From Lama guanicoe (taxonomy: Eukaryota): a DNA stretch of 64,000 bases. The translations under genes and the position numbers were made by a program. Location of the stretch: the NCBI GenBank assembly GCA_013239625.1, contig MU057352.1, positions 30,077,277 through 30,141,276 on the forward strand. The letters run 5' to 3'. Position 1 is the first letter of the stretch; every line of letters starts with the position of its first letter. The notes beneath the pieces were generated by a model. The model worked only from the letters and a program-made list of their open reading frames with translations, was not told the DNA's origin and did no database searches. Below are positions 38,438-50,486 of the stretch, one piece after another.

Positions 38438-38491
38438 GGGGTTCCCAGCTGCTCCGGGCGTCCCCTGTGCACCTTCTTGGCCCCTGGCACC
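38438..38491 (-). CDS. COL22A1: COL22A1 exon, 54 nt, GARGQEGAQGTPGAAGNP
   Basis: ctctgcAG acceptor, GTGAGT donor. Confidence 0.94.
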
Positions 38492-39267
38492 CTGCAGAGG
38501 AAATAAAATGTGGTGGTGGGACACCGCAGGCAATGCTGTCCTCAGCCCTGTGCAGGGAGGTCAGGGAGAACTTAACATCAGAATCAGGTGATCCAAACCG
38601 AGAGGGCAGGGGGCAGGGTCTAAAGGTGCAGAATCACACCTCCTGGCCTCCGCTGGCCATCTTCCCCACCCCCAGGACACAGGGATCAGTACCAACCCTT
38701 CATCTTTACGTAAACGAGGCTCAGGCACAGGCCAGGCCAGGTGCACACAGCCAGCCCAGGGCCCCATGGGGTCTGAGCCCTGACAGGTCGTTCCCAGGGA
38801 AACTCTCGGAGAGCATGAGCCACTGCCCAACAAAGAGCCCAGTTAAGAAGCCAAAGCTGCAGAAAATACAGTCAAAATGCCAACACACTCCAGGTGTCAT
38901 TTAAACTGGAGCCGCCAGTCATGGCTGGCGGGAAGGAAGGGGCTGCCTGCGTCTGAAAAGCCTTAGGGAGCCAGGGACAGCCCTGGAGCTGAGCACCACC
39001 AGCCTGACGGCACTGAGTCGGGAAGGGAAGGCGTGGCTGGAACCGAGCTCGCCTAAACGACACCCAGGGGCCCAGAGGCAGGACCCGGCGCCGTGCGCTG
39101 CGTTTTGGGGCGCTTTGTGGGGCCCTCTCAGCCCCAAGGCCCTGGACTCATGCAGTCCCAGCAGCGCCCCTGGTGGACACTCCGGGAATGGCAGGTGAGA
39201 AGGGCCAGCAGGAGATGGAGGGGCTGTGGGGATTTCGAGGCAACAGGTGGACAGAGGGTTTTCTTAC

Positions 39268-39321
39268 CGGTGGTCCAGTGGGTCCCCGAGGCCCCAGTTC
39301 TCCAGGATGACCCTGTGGTCC
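39268..39321 (-). CDS. COL22A1: COL22A1 exon, 54 nt, GPQGHPGELGPRGPTGPP
   Basis: attgcAG acceptor, GTAAGA donor. Confidence 0.94.
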
Positions 39322-39595
39322 CTGCAATGAAACAACCCATCAGTGGACCGGGTAACCCCTCACTTTGGGCAGGTGGGGGAGGCCTGGACACGTGCAATGG
39401 GCATAATTTGAGATCCACGGGGGGTGTCCTTGGACCCCTGAGGGACGAGGAAGGGGCCTCATTTGGTTCAGCAGGGCTCCTGTGCGCAGTTCAGACCTGC
39501 AGCTGCTCTGCCCTCAGCATCCTGTCTCAGGGAAACCAGCCGCACAGAGGGAGGGGCGTGGAGCAGGGGTGTGGGGCCGAGCACAGGGCACTCAC

Positions 39596-39649
39596 CGGGT
39601 CCCCAGGCGCGCCGGGATCGCCCTTCTCTCCTTTGGGCCCTGGCTCTCC
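39596..39649 (-). CDS. COL22A1: COL22A1 exon, 54 nt, GEPGPKGEKGDPGAPGDP
   Basis: ccaacAG acceptor, GTGAGT donor. Confidence 0.94.
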
Positions 39650-42600
39650 CTGTTGGCAGAGAAGCACAGAGTACAGACGCGCTCAGCCTGCTCCCAGACC
39701 CGCCACACGGGCCTTCCCGTCCTGCAAGGCTCCAGACCCGTCCTCCCCGGGCTGCCCCTAGGCCTGGGGCCTCTCCCCTCCAGCCAGACGCCACTAGACT
39801 CCGACAGAGCCTTACTCATCCTTCAGATCTAAGGTCAAGAACGCCTTCTTCAGGGAGAATGACTCCTGAGCCGGGCCAAGCCCTGCTGTTGCAGGCTCGC
39901 ACGTCAGTCTTTCTCCCCCTCGGCACCGGGCACCACAGCAGCCGACTTCTCTGTGTGGTCTGATTCCTGTCCCCCCAGCCCAGAGCCTGGCTAGCGGGAG
40001 CCCATCAGTGACCAGTGGGAAGGATGCAGGGAGGAAGAAGGGTCTTTCTCGGCCCCCTGACCCAACCCCTTTCTTGTCTTGATGGAGAAGCTGAGGAAGG
40101 GGCTTTGTTCAACAGATCCAGCCCTTCGGGGACAGAATGGGAACCGAACATTGGACTCTCATGGACAGAATGGCGTTTCTAACTTTTGCTACAGAAGAGA
40201 CAGGCATGGGCTGGGAAGGAGTACATAGCGTCGGGGCTCCTGGGATGGGACAATCTCATGGGGGAGGGATCGGTCCTTCTCCTCATCCACTGGTGCCACA
40301 CCCAGGGCTCCCCTCATACCTCCCAGGAAGGCTGGAGGGACAGGAGACCCCCACCCTGCTCTTCACAGGTGACGGGGAGAAGGTGGGCAGACAAGACACT
40401 GTAACAAAGGCAGACTTGGAAGGGCTCAGGTCCCTGCCTTCCCGCGGCTCTAGGGCCAGCATGTGGGATGGGGACACCATGGGGACAGTAGACCGCGGAC
40501 CACACAGACTGGCCTGGAATGCCAGGTCTCCAGCTCGCCAGCCCTGTAATCTCGGGCAAAGTATTGGCCCACAGTGACCTTAGTGTCTAGATCTGCAAAA
40601 TGGGTAGGGGTTCCCTGTTTCACACAGGATGAGGATGCACTAACAAAGGGCACGCGCAGGTGTCTGCGGGCTCTTTGGGGAGAGCAGAGGAACAGCCAGC
40701 ACGCGCAGCAGAAGGGCCAGGCCTGGGTCTCACTAAAGGAGCCTCCAGAGGGCGGTGGGCTGCTTAGGGAGACACTGGGCTCCCCGTCTGCAGAAAGGCC
40801 CAAAGAGAGAAGGGATGAGCATTTGCCCTGAGTGTAGAAGGGGGTCCTGTGCAGGTAGGGAGTTTGAAGGCAAAGGCTGTGGAGACCAGGAGGTCTAGAG
40901 AGGACCCTGGAAGGTTCCAGAAGGCAGTCTACCATCTGAGTTGGGGAGCCTGGGGCGAGCTAGTCCTAAGCCTTTCGTCGGAGAAGCAGCAGTACAGACG
41001 GCCGCAGCCCTTTGTGGGTCCCACGGCGCTTCCTGTACCCACACGTGGGCAGGTTTCGGAGTCCCTGCCCCAGAGGCTCCTGCCTGGCCTCCCACAACCT
41101 CATCACTGATCGCAGAGTTAGTGTCTGCATGGCCTGGGGCTGCGGTCCCCACTCTCTCTCTGCATCACCTGTCGAGTGAAATCTGTGTGGTCCCCATAGG
41201 AGAGCTGTGACCGGAGTAAATGACTGCTCTTGCAGAGGGCTTCGTGCTGCCGACACAGAAGAGGTTACAGGCGTGCGCTCATGCCTTCTTCCAGAATCTC
41301 CATTTCCCACCAGCTGAGAAGAGCACACTCTGGCTCCAGTCACCAAACAATATTCTTACTTCCTCCAAGAAAATTTCCCGTGGGGGGATTTGCAAAATTC
41401 TTTGCCTGGGCCTCAAGTCTCTGGAGACACAATCCGTGAAGACAGAAGGGCTTACGGGGTGGATTCAGGTGACACACAGGAGAGAAGCCTGCACGCTGGG
41501 GCTGGCAGGGGCAGGCTCAGGCCAGGCCAGAGGAGGGGCCCTGGGGACTCAGGCAAGATGCTCATTATCCACCCGGGGCCCGGGAGCCCAGAGGCAGAGG
41601 CTTCTCGTGGGTGCACAGCAGATGATGACTAACGGCTGCTGAATGCGGAATGGGTGAGCTCAACTGGCTTTATTCTCCTCCGACTGCCCCCTACCGGTGA
41701 TGGCAGCCAAGCCAAATCCTCCCCTGGGCTCAGCAAACGCAGGGCACTGGCTGGGCGTCCTGGGACCCCTCTCAGGCTGAGGGGGTGCAGTCTGGCGGCC
41801 TTCCCACGGTGGCTGCTTCTGAATCACCTGCGAGCCTCCCAGTGACGAAGCCCCACCTGACCTCTCAGCTGCCACTTCTCCAAGCAGAGGCCGCCTGCCC
41901 CTCCTTCCTCCCATAAGGGATGGGCCCTCTCTCCTCTGCCCTCTCCACACCTGCACCCACCTAGCAGTCCCTGCTCTGTTCTCACAAACTGCCAGCCCCA
42001 CACCGCCTCGAGCCCCCCACCCCTGTGTGGTGCCCGACATCCCCTGGAGACGTTGCGATCCTGGAGCAGAAGGGTTTGGGGCTCTACTTCCCGACCCCCT
42101 CCCCCTTTCTGTTTCCCTTCTTAATTGTGCCGCAAACTTCGCCGCCCATCTAAGTCTCCCGGCCCCTCCCTCTGTGCAGGGACTCAAAGGCACACAGCTG
42201 GGAACAGGGAGAAGTCAAACAGAAGAACATCTTTAAAAACCATCAATACAAACATGGTTACCATGGCAATGAGGCCAGGCCCCAGAGGAATTCATGCAAT
42301 AATCCACGATGAATCTTTTTTTTTTTCATGGACACAATCCCCTTGCTTTGCATCTGAAAACGGCTTCTTGGTTTCTGCAAAGCTCAGACACTGTAGGAAG
42401 GGGTCACCACTGGGATTCAAAGGGGAGGCTGGACAGGCCCCAGGCTCCAACTCAGCTGCCTCTCCAGGGGAACACCTTGGAAATCACCCTGTATGGAGCA
42501 ATTCCTTTAAGGACAGGCTGGATGTGCAGACTTGCCCCAGGCTTTAGGGGCTCAGGGTGGGCCTGAGGGAGGGAGACTCAGAGGATGGAGGAGTGGGAAG

Positions 42601-43913
42601 CACTGTGAGGTGGATGTGGCTCTGGAGGCCAGAGGCGGTGGGGCAGTGTGATGGGGGCTGGTGCCACCCACGGGGCGGGGCTTGAACCTCAGCAGCGGGT
42701 GGGGACAGCGGCTCCTCCAGGGCCTTGTGGCCGAAAACTTCATCTCAATTCCTATCTCAGGAGGGCCCTTTGCAAGGCACTTCGCTCCTCTGAGCCAGGC
42801 GCCATCGTCTGTGACATGGCGCATCTGCAGCCCTCAGGGATGTGGGAGCGGCGCCTGCACCCCGCCTGCCGCGCTGGATGCTCTGGTGCCCTGACCCTTC
42901 GAGCCCTTCCTCTGAGACAGGAGAGGACACAGCCAGGGCCCCGAGCCCACCCCTTCCGCAGGCATCTCCCAGCCCCCCTGCAGCCCGCGCTGCCCAGGGG
43001 CAGGCCCTCCTGCCCCCGCTTCCTCCCAGCTCTTCCTCCAAAGCAGCTCAACATCCCCCGGCTCCTGGATGATTTTGGCACCAGCTCGCTCTTCCCTCCT
43101 ACTCTGTTCTTTCCCACTGTACACAGGATGCGTCTTAGCTTCGGAGGCCGTGTCTACTCAGTGGTGAAAACGCGGAGGAGGATTCCCCACACAAGCCTCT
43201 GGGCCGCCGCGCGTGGTGCAGCGGAGCAAGTCCTCATGCCGGAGAAGTGCGGCCGAGAGCAAACGAACAAGGGAGGCGAGTCTGCTGCCCTCGGTGTTGT
43301 CAAGGGTACCAGCCATCCTGAACATGCTCGTTGTCACTGGAGCCGCTCATGGGAGGCGTAGGGCAGGGTTCCTAGAGGCTGCAGCCACGGTGACCTTCCT
43401 TTTCTGTCTCGTGTTTGCGTCGTCACAAGAAGCCATAAGCTCTCCCGCCATCAGCCACACCCCCAAGCCAGCTCAGCACTCCGTGTCCTCTGAGCAGCCC
43501 CTCTTTGACCTGTCCCCTCCAGTCCCGGGTCCCCTCACTGCTGACACCCACAGCAGCTGTCTGCTCTGCTCTTTCATCTTCTGAAAGTCACGAGATCCTG
43601 TCCTCCTGGGAGCCACCAGCCCCTCCAGGTAGTGAAGCGGAGCTTGACCCAAAGAGAGGGCTGGCCTCTGCCCTTGGCTACTGGGAGGCAACCCCCAGGC
43701 CCCCCTGGAACGTCCTGCCTGACGTGGAGCCGGTTCCTTGCAGGGCCCGATCCCCACCGGCTGCCAGGACAGGGTCTGGCACGTGACTCGCACGTGGCGC
43801 TGACAGTCAGGATGCAGCCCAGCCCAGCTCCCAGAGCACCTGCGGACATGGTGAGCCAGGCTGGGGGGATACCAGGCAGCACCCTGGGGGGACATGGGGC
43901 CACTGCTACTTAC

Positions 43914-43946
43914 TGGCAGTCTCGGGTGTGGCGTGAAGAGGGACGT
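43914..43946 (-). CDS. COL22A1: COL22A1 exon, 33 nt, non-collagenous TSLFTPHPRLP
   Basis: cttttcAG acceptor, GTAAGT donor; matches recalled human TSLFTPHPRMP. Confidence 0.92.
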
Positions 43947-44489
43947 CTGAAAAGGAAACCACAGAAATTGGGAAAACGTGAATTCATTTCAAAAGCTTGC
44001 CTCTGAGAGATTTACCAAGTGGAGAACGCAGCCCCAAGGGTTCCTCCAATGAGTACTGTTTCGACAATTAGGATCACACATTCCTTTAAAGCCCCTGAGG
44101 ATTTATGAAGTCAGGAAAGCACAGTGGTTAGAGGTGGAAACTCGAGGCCCGCGGCCCAAGCTCAGATCCCATCGCCCCCACCTGACACTGGGTGCCCTCA
44201 GACAGCGAGCAGCTTCTGCGCTCTCAGTGGTAAGGAGGGGATGGATGTTCTCTGCTCAGGGTGTGGTGAGGCCGAAATGCAATCATTCATGCAAATCATC
44301 AGGGCCGGCCGGGATGGCTGGGTCCCTAACCAGTCCCCCTTTCACTTTCAGCGTCTACTGGCTTCGACGCAGGTGAGGAGGACGCCAGCTGCAGGAGCGC
44401 AGCTCTGGGGACAGAGAGCTCAGCAGATATGAACTCTGTCTCGGCAGATGAACACCCCGCGGACTGGCCCCTGCGTGGCCCTCCTTCCA

Positions 44490-44860
44490 CGCAGCACTGA
44501 ATGCTTCCCAGGCCTCGTGCTTTCTCCAGCCCCAACGCTTTTTCGCGCAGGCTGCTCCTCTGGCTTGGAACACGCTCGCCTCCTCCCTTGATCTAACTGA
44601 CTAAGCCCATCCTCTGGGGCTTCAGTTTGAACATCGTGTCTTTGAAGGTCCCCCTCGCTCCCACCACTCAAATATAAATTAGACCCCGTGGCATGCACGC
44701 TGCCCTTTTCTGTGAATGCGTTTACTATAATTTGCAAGATATGTTTATCTGGGGCACTATGTGACTAGAGTTTATCTTCCTGGCTAGTCTGTAAGCCCCA
44801 GAGGGTCCAAACTTTGCCAATGCCCGGCTCACAGCCGGGGCTCAAGTAAAAATGAATGGA
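44490..44860 (+). mobile_element. L2 LINE 3' end
   Basis: ggctgctcctctggcttggaacac...cttcagtttgaacatc...tagtctgtaagccccagaggg...gggctcaagtaaaaatgaatg. Confidence 0.65.
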
Positions 44861-46686
44861 CAAAAGGATATCATGGATTCTAGTAAAAAACACAATGAAT
44901 TCAAAACAGAAGGAAAAAAAGAGATTTCCTAACCTTACCTCCCCGTCTCCTGTTCTCCAGTTTAGATATTTTCAGACCCATTTGTATATATTTCCATACA
45001 ATTATAAATGTGCGGAGACGCACGACTTTGTGTGAGAGTTACACGAACAGTAACGGCGAGCATTGTTACCGATGGTTGTTTCCACGTATTAACTTATATG
45101 TTCTTCACGGGAAGTCTGAGAGGTCGCTGATCTGTTTTTGCCCTGCTTCATTCATAAGAAAAACGAAGGACAGAGAAGGAAACTACTTAACGAAGTCCCC
45201 CCAGCCAGCAAACGCGGGAGCAGGGGCTGGCATCGTGCGTGGGCAGCAGCCATGCTAACCTTGACACGCGCCGTAATTCACCGATCGCTCTTTCCACTTT
45301 ATCTTTCCTGAGTACTGGTATCTTTTTAAAGCCGTACACACAGCATATTTATTTTAATGAAGTAGGATTCCATAATATGGCTATCCTGTGGGCTAGTTAT
45401 TCTTTGCTTCTGGTCATGCAGGCTGCCTGTAATTTTTCATTCTAAGTAACACCACAATGTAAATTTTTGTAAGTTTTTAAAAAACACAATGCAAGTAGTT
45501 TTCTTAGGAGAGATGCCAAGAAAGAGACTCTCTAAACTAACGGGCAGACACTTCATGATATGTTAACACCAAGGAACTTCTCAAGTAAGTGCACCAACGT
45601 GCTCTCACCAGACAGCGGCGCTCATCTCTCTGCGTGCCTGCCTGTGTTAAATAAACAAAAAACTGTACACGACCAGTTTCGACTCTGCACGTGATTCTGA
45701 GATTCTTGCCACATCTTCACGGAATGGTCAGTCTCGTGCTGATGGGCGTGTGTGTCGGGAGGAGACCGAGTTGAGGAATCATGATTAACACACATAGAAA
45801 CCACAGAGCACAGCTCTCTAATGCACTGCACGCAGGATTTCTGGGTGTTCAGGCTCTTCTATCTCCTGCCCTCCAGGCAGGCCCCTGCCCTGGCTCCTAA
45901 CCACCAACCTCTACTTGCCCGGTCATGGCCAGCACCCGGAGCCATGTCCACCTTCCCCGAACTCATCTGATCAAAGCATAGAACATCCAGGCTTGGAAGG
46001 AACATTCAAATGAAAAAAAGCATGCCGAATATGTTCACATACTTATACAGGTTTTTAAAAAATTTAGTGTTTATTATGTACCAGAAACCGAGCTATATAT
46101 CTGACATTATTTCAGTTAATTTTCACTATAAATGTGCAAGATGGCTGGGTAGAACATTTTCCTTGACAGCTGAGAAGACCTAGTCTTTCTGACATTGAGC
46201 AACATATCTAAGACCACAGCGCTGGTGAGTGCTGGTGAATGGCGCAGCTGGGGTTCAAACCCACTTGTTTCCAGCTCCAAAGCCCTGGCCCTCACTCACT
46301 GCTCAACACCAACTCACGATGCCCAGCCTCAGACCCGAGGACGGCGGAGGCACGAGTTAGGGCTGTACGTCCACCCTGAAGCCTGACCCCGGACAAGCTG
46401 CTTCCTGTCTCTGGACCTCTGTTTCCCCACAAGCAATAGGCAGGTGTGGATTCTCAGCATCTAGTCAATGTTCGGACAAACAGTAACTGTAATTGCTGAA
46501 TAAAGTCAGTCAATGAACACGAGGTGGTTCTCAGAGGAGCTTATGCATTTTTGGGTTATGAGACCTCGGAACAGGTCTAGCTATTGGCAAACTCCCTTGA
46601 AACGATGTTTGCGACTAAGCGGTATGTGTGGAGGGAGGGGACATCCCAGTGCCCCAGGAATTCAAAGGAGGAGAAGGGTCACTTAC

Positions 46687-46728
46687 AGTTCCAGGTGAGC
46701 CAGGGGGGCCGGCTGGGCCAGCATCACC
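46687..46728 (-). CDS. COL22A1: COL22A1 exon, 42 nt, GDAGPAGPPGSPGT
   Basis: catctAG acceptor, GTAAGT donor. Confidence 0.93.
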
Positions 46729-48991
46729 CTAGATGAAGAAATAGAAAATAAACTACAATTAACCCTGCCCCCAACCCTGTTCGTCCTGGGACACCTCGCC
46801 CCAGACAACAGAATCACCCACCAGCATCAATCTTGATAAGACAGACTGATCCTGAATTATAAAATATTTCAGGTATACGAAGCCTCGTGTTGTGAGAAGT
46901 GTCTACGCTGCCGTGTGTTGCTGCAGGCCATTTACATCACTCTGCACTCCTGCATGGTGCGCGTGGGAACACTGATCCACTGTCCATCTGCCTGCTGATG
47001 ACACTTGGGTGACTCCCCACCTGTTGCAGCAAACACCCCAAGCTGCGCTGGAGTGCAAAGACCTGAGCCCCCTTACAGGCCCCCCTGGGCCCTGCCCCAC
47101 CCTCTCTGAAGGGGACAGGCTCTTCTCAGGGGGCTGGGGGACCAACATTGCATTCCTGTGAACAGCACAGGCTGGGGAGTTGAATCACCTGAGCTTGAAA
47201 CCTAACTCTACCATTTTGTACATTATTTTACCTCTATTGGCTTGTTTTTCTCTTTGCAAAATAATGATACCAGTACATACAGCTCCCAGCATCATACGGG
47301 GACATGAGTGAAGTCATCTTCAGCAGAGGCGCAACAAGGAGGAAACTGTTACCGCATTTTCCCTGAGGAAAGGAGGTCCCTGGGCTGCTCCACGCAGGAG
47401 GAATGGTCCCCAAAGCCTGTCGAACCACGTGAGCCACCACGGTGTCAGCACATGGATGTCTACGCCCAGCTGTGTTCCCAGCAGCCCAGGGTCAGGCCTG
47501 TTGCAGGCCCGGGTCCACACGTGGTTATCAGTGGACAAACGAACGAACAGCTACTGCCCACAGTCTCACAGCCAGCAAACGGCTCACCCTGGTTTTAGAC
47601 TCAGAATTCAAGCCCTTAGACACTGAGCAGCATTCCCCTGACTGTTCCAGATGCTTCGGAGAGAAAGATCCTTCCTCAGTGCTACCTGCGTTATCTGAGT
47701 TTACCCAGCTCTCTCCCTGACACTTTGAACCTCACGCTCCAGAACCAGTCTCATCTAAACCTACTGACCCTGTGTTAAAAAGTCCAAAGGACTCAAAGCT
47801 CAGAGCTGAGGGTTTTTCCCAGTGAAACGTACGAACAGACGTAAACAAGAAGAGGACGGGGGAGAGACGGGTCTCCAACCCCGATGGCCTCGAGACTGCC
47901 CCCCACCCCCAGGGCTGCGGAGTGAAGGAAGGGTCGGGGGCCAACGGGGTAGGGCCCGGGCAGCTCTCTGACTTGGAGACCGAGGCTCGGCTGCAGAAGG
48001 GTCTGTGAGTTTTGGAGTTAAGGTGACCAGCCTGGGCTCCCATCCCAGCCTCTCCGTGGTTTAACTCTCTAGGCCCCAGCTGATGGGAAGTCATATCACA
48101 TCTACTTTCCAAGACGCCCTGGAGCCAAAATGCTCACAGCAGGCGGGAGGGAGGGCGTGGACAGGAGAGCTGAGGCCAGGATGCACAGGCAGTCAGCCGG
48201 GGCAATGCGGCTTTAATGTCTTGTTTTAGATTTTTTTAAAACCAGAATGGTCTATTATTACATATTTCTCCGGAGGAAAAGAAAAGCAGAACAGTCTTTG
48301 GAAGCCTGACTGTGATTCTGCCGTGGCCCCGGCGATTCTGCCAAAGCAACGAAAGGGGCTTAATGGTCTCACTGACTCCTCCGCAGCCCGGAAATGAGTT
48401 TCTCAAGTGAAAATGCCCAGGAAAGCAGCAGGTCTGATGGCTCACCCACCAAAGCCCTGCCCATTCCAGGATCTCTATTTATATACAGATGGCAGGTCCG
48501 CCCAGAACAAAGCTGGGCAGAGGGGGATGGGAGTCAGGGCAGAAGGAGAGCAGGACACTGCAGGGGAAGAAAGTGCGCACTTGGGAGAACAAGCTGACAG
48601 CACCGTTGGGGAGAGGGGTGAGGGCGGTGGGGGGCGCCCTTCGGGCGGTGACCATTCCTCAGGCCCCAACTCCGCCTCGGGCCAGGCCCGTGTGAGGTGT
48701 GGTTCTGCCAGGAGCCAGGACGCTGGGCCCAGACTGAGGTTCAGGTCTTGACCCGACCGCCCTCCATCCCCGCAGCTCCGGGAAGGCAGCTTGGTCTTCT
48801 GTGCCTCAGCTTCCTCATCTGAAAACTGGGGCATTGCTGCTAACATGACCCCTCTCTGGACTGCCATGCGGATCACCTGAGTCACTACCCGTGCAGTGCT
48901 TCCCAAGGGCCTGGCGCACAGTGAGCCCGCAGGAACTCACTCCCCAAGCAGATGAGTACCTACGCTTTACTAAACCCCCTGGGGAGAGGTA

Positions 48992-49115
48992 CAGTCAGCC
49001 CCGCCTCCCGAGGGGTCCGCTATTCCTCATATGCCACCATTTTAAATAGGAGTCTTGAGCATCCATGGATCTGGGTATCTGCAGGGGCTCCTGGAACCAG
49101 CTGCCTGTGGATACC
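48992..49115. mobile_element. MER2/Tigger-like DNA transposon relic
   Basis: cagtcagccccg...ttgagcatccatggatctgggtatctgcaggggctcctggaaccagctgcctgtggatacc. Confidence 0.7.
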
Positions 49116-49324
49116 GGCCTATATTAGTGGAACCACTTTCAGGCCAGCAAGGGAGGCACAGCGAGGTCAAATAAGATGCTCACATCGGGTGGAACCAGGA
49201 CTGTAACCCAGGCCACCTCTCTGACTCCGAGAATGGCGCTCACTGCAGACAGTGCACACAAACTATGGAGGGGAGGCTCTGCGGCTCGTAGGGTTGATGG
49301 CCAGGGTGACAGCAGCAGTCCTAC

Positions 49325-49378
49325 CTTTTCTCCTCGGTCACCTTTCAGTCCCGGGAGCCCCCGCTCCCCCTTCTCTCC
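49325..49378 (-). CDS. COL22A1: COL22A1 exon, 54 nt, GEKGERGLPGLKGDRGEK
   Basis: ctctgtAG acceptor, GTAGGA donor. Confidence 0.94.
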
Positions 49379-49843
49379 CTACAGAGAAAGATGAAATTAG
49401 GAAACATGAGAACTCAACTGAGTGTAATGACGGCCTCTTCCAGGTAAGGGCACTGGGACCTTGGGCAAAATACTTTTTTTCTCCCCGACCTGCCCTGACA
49501 TGGCTAAGGCCAAGTCCAAGGGGTGTCCTGTCAGTTAAACACGAAGCCTCTAATTCTCCACTGGGCACCTGACAAATGACGCCACCCACCCTGTTCCCAA
49601 AAATATCACCTGGAGATGCTCCACCCTTTCCAGGGAGACCCCTCGGCCACTGGCCTTTTGTTCCAGTTCATGGACCACAGCAGCCTGACCCCCTGCCCTC
49701 TCTCTTCTGTAAATGCTGGGGAAATATGCGCTAATCTCAGCCAAAAGGGTCACCCATCCCCCAAGGTCTTAGACAACAAAGGGGGCTGCTCTCCACGGGC
49801 ACAGGCAGGGCGGCCTTGCTGGGAAGAAGCTGCCACCACTCAC

Positions 49844-49906
49844 CTGTTCTCCTTTCTCTCCCTGCACGCCTGGGAATCCCGGAGAACCTGGGAGCCCCGC
49901 CTCTCC
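49844..49906 (-). CDS. COL22A1: COL22A1 exon, 63 nt, GEAGLPGSPGFPGVQGEKGEQ
   Basis: ttccacAG acceptor, GTGAGT donor. Confidence 0.93.
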
Positions 49907-50441
49907 CTGTGGAAAGAACACGGCGCCTGTGCTCAGTGGGCCCTCGGTGAGGAGGCACTTCTGGGGGTCAGGAGGAGGGGCGTGCGCTCTCCACCTCCTG
50001 CAGTGCAGCCCCCCAAGGCCCTCTGGCTTAGCGGAGGTAACATGGGAAGCAAATAAAGGGGGTTCTAGAGCGTCTGCTCGCTGGGGCCCGCAAGCTCCTT
50101 CTCTTCGCTCTTCCCTGTCCAGGAACCCTTGTTTCTCCTCCCTTGTTGTCTAACGCCTCATTTGGAGCAGCCACAGTGTCACCTCCCAGCCCGAGTCTGC
50201 GGGAGGGGCCTCCCCGATGTCCTCCCCCCCTCACCCGCATGGCACCGCTCACTGCACCTGTTCGGCTGCCCCTGGTTGATGGTGGTGCCCCCAGCACCCA
50301 GCACTGCAGCGCACGCACAGGGCATGCTGGCAGTCACTGGGTAAATAAATGCCTATGGAATGAATGGCGTGACTCCAGGAAGACAGCTGATACAAGGTGC
50401 AGTGCAGAATAACGAATGAATGAATGAGCGAACAAACAGAC

Positions 50442-50486
50442 CTTCTCTCCGGGTCGGCCTGCCAGGCCCCGCTCCCCAACTTCACC
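50442..50486 (-). CDS. COL22A1: COL22A1 exon, 45 nt, GEVGERGLAGRPGEK
   Basis: ctctAG acceptor, GTCTGT donor. Confidence 0.92.

Noticed and set aside
37984-38904. 306-aa plus-strand ORF
   Set aside because: Antisense to a collagen exon, runs through GT-rich low-complexity sequence, no homology recognised.
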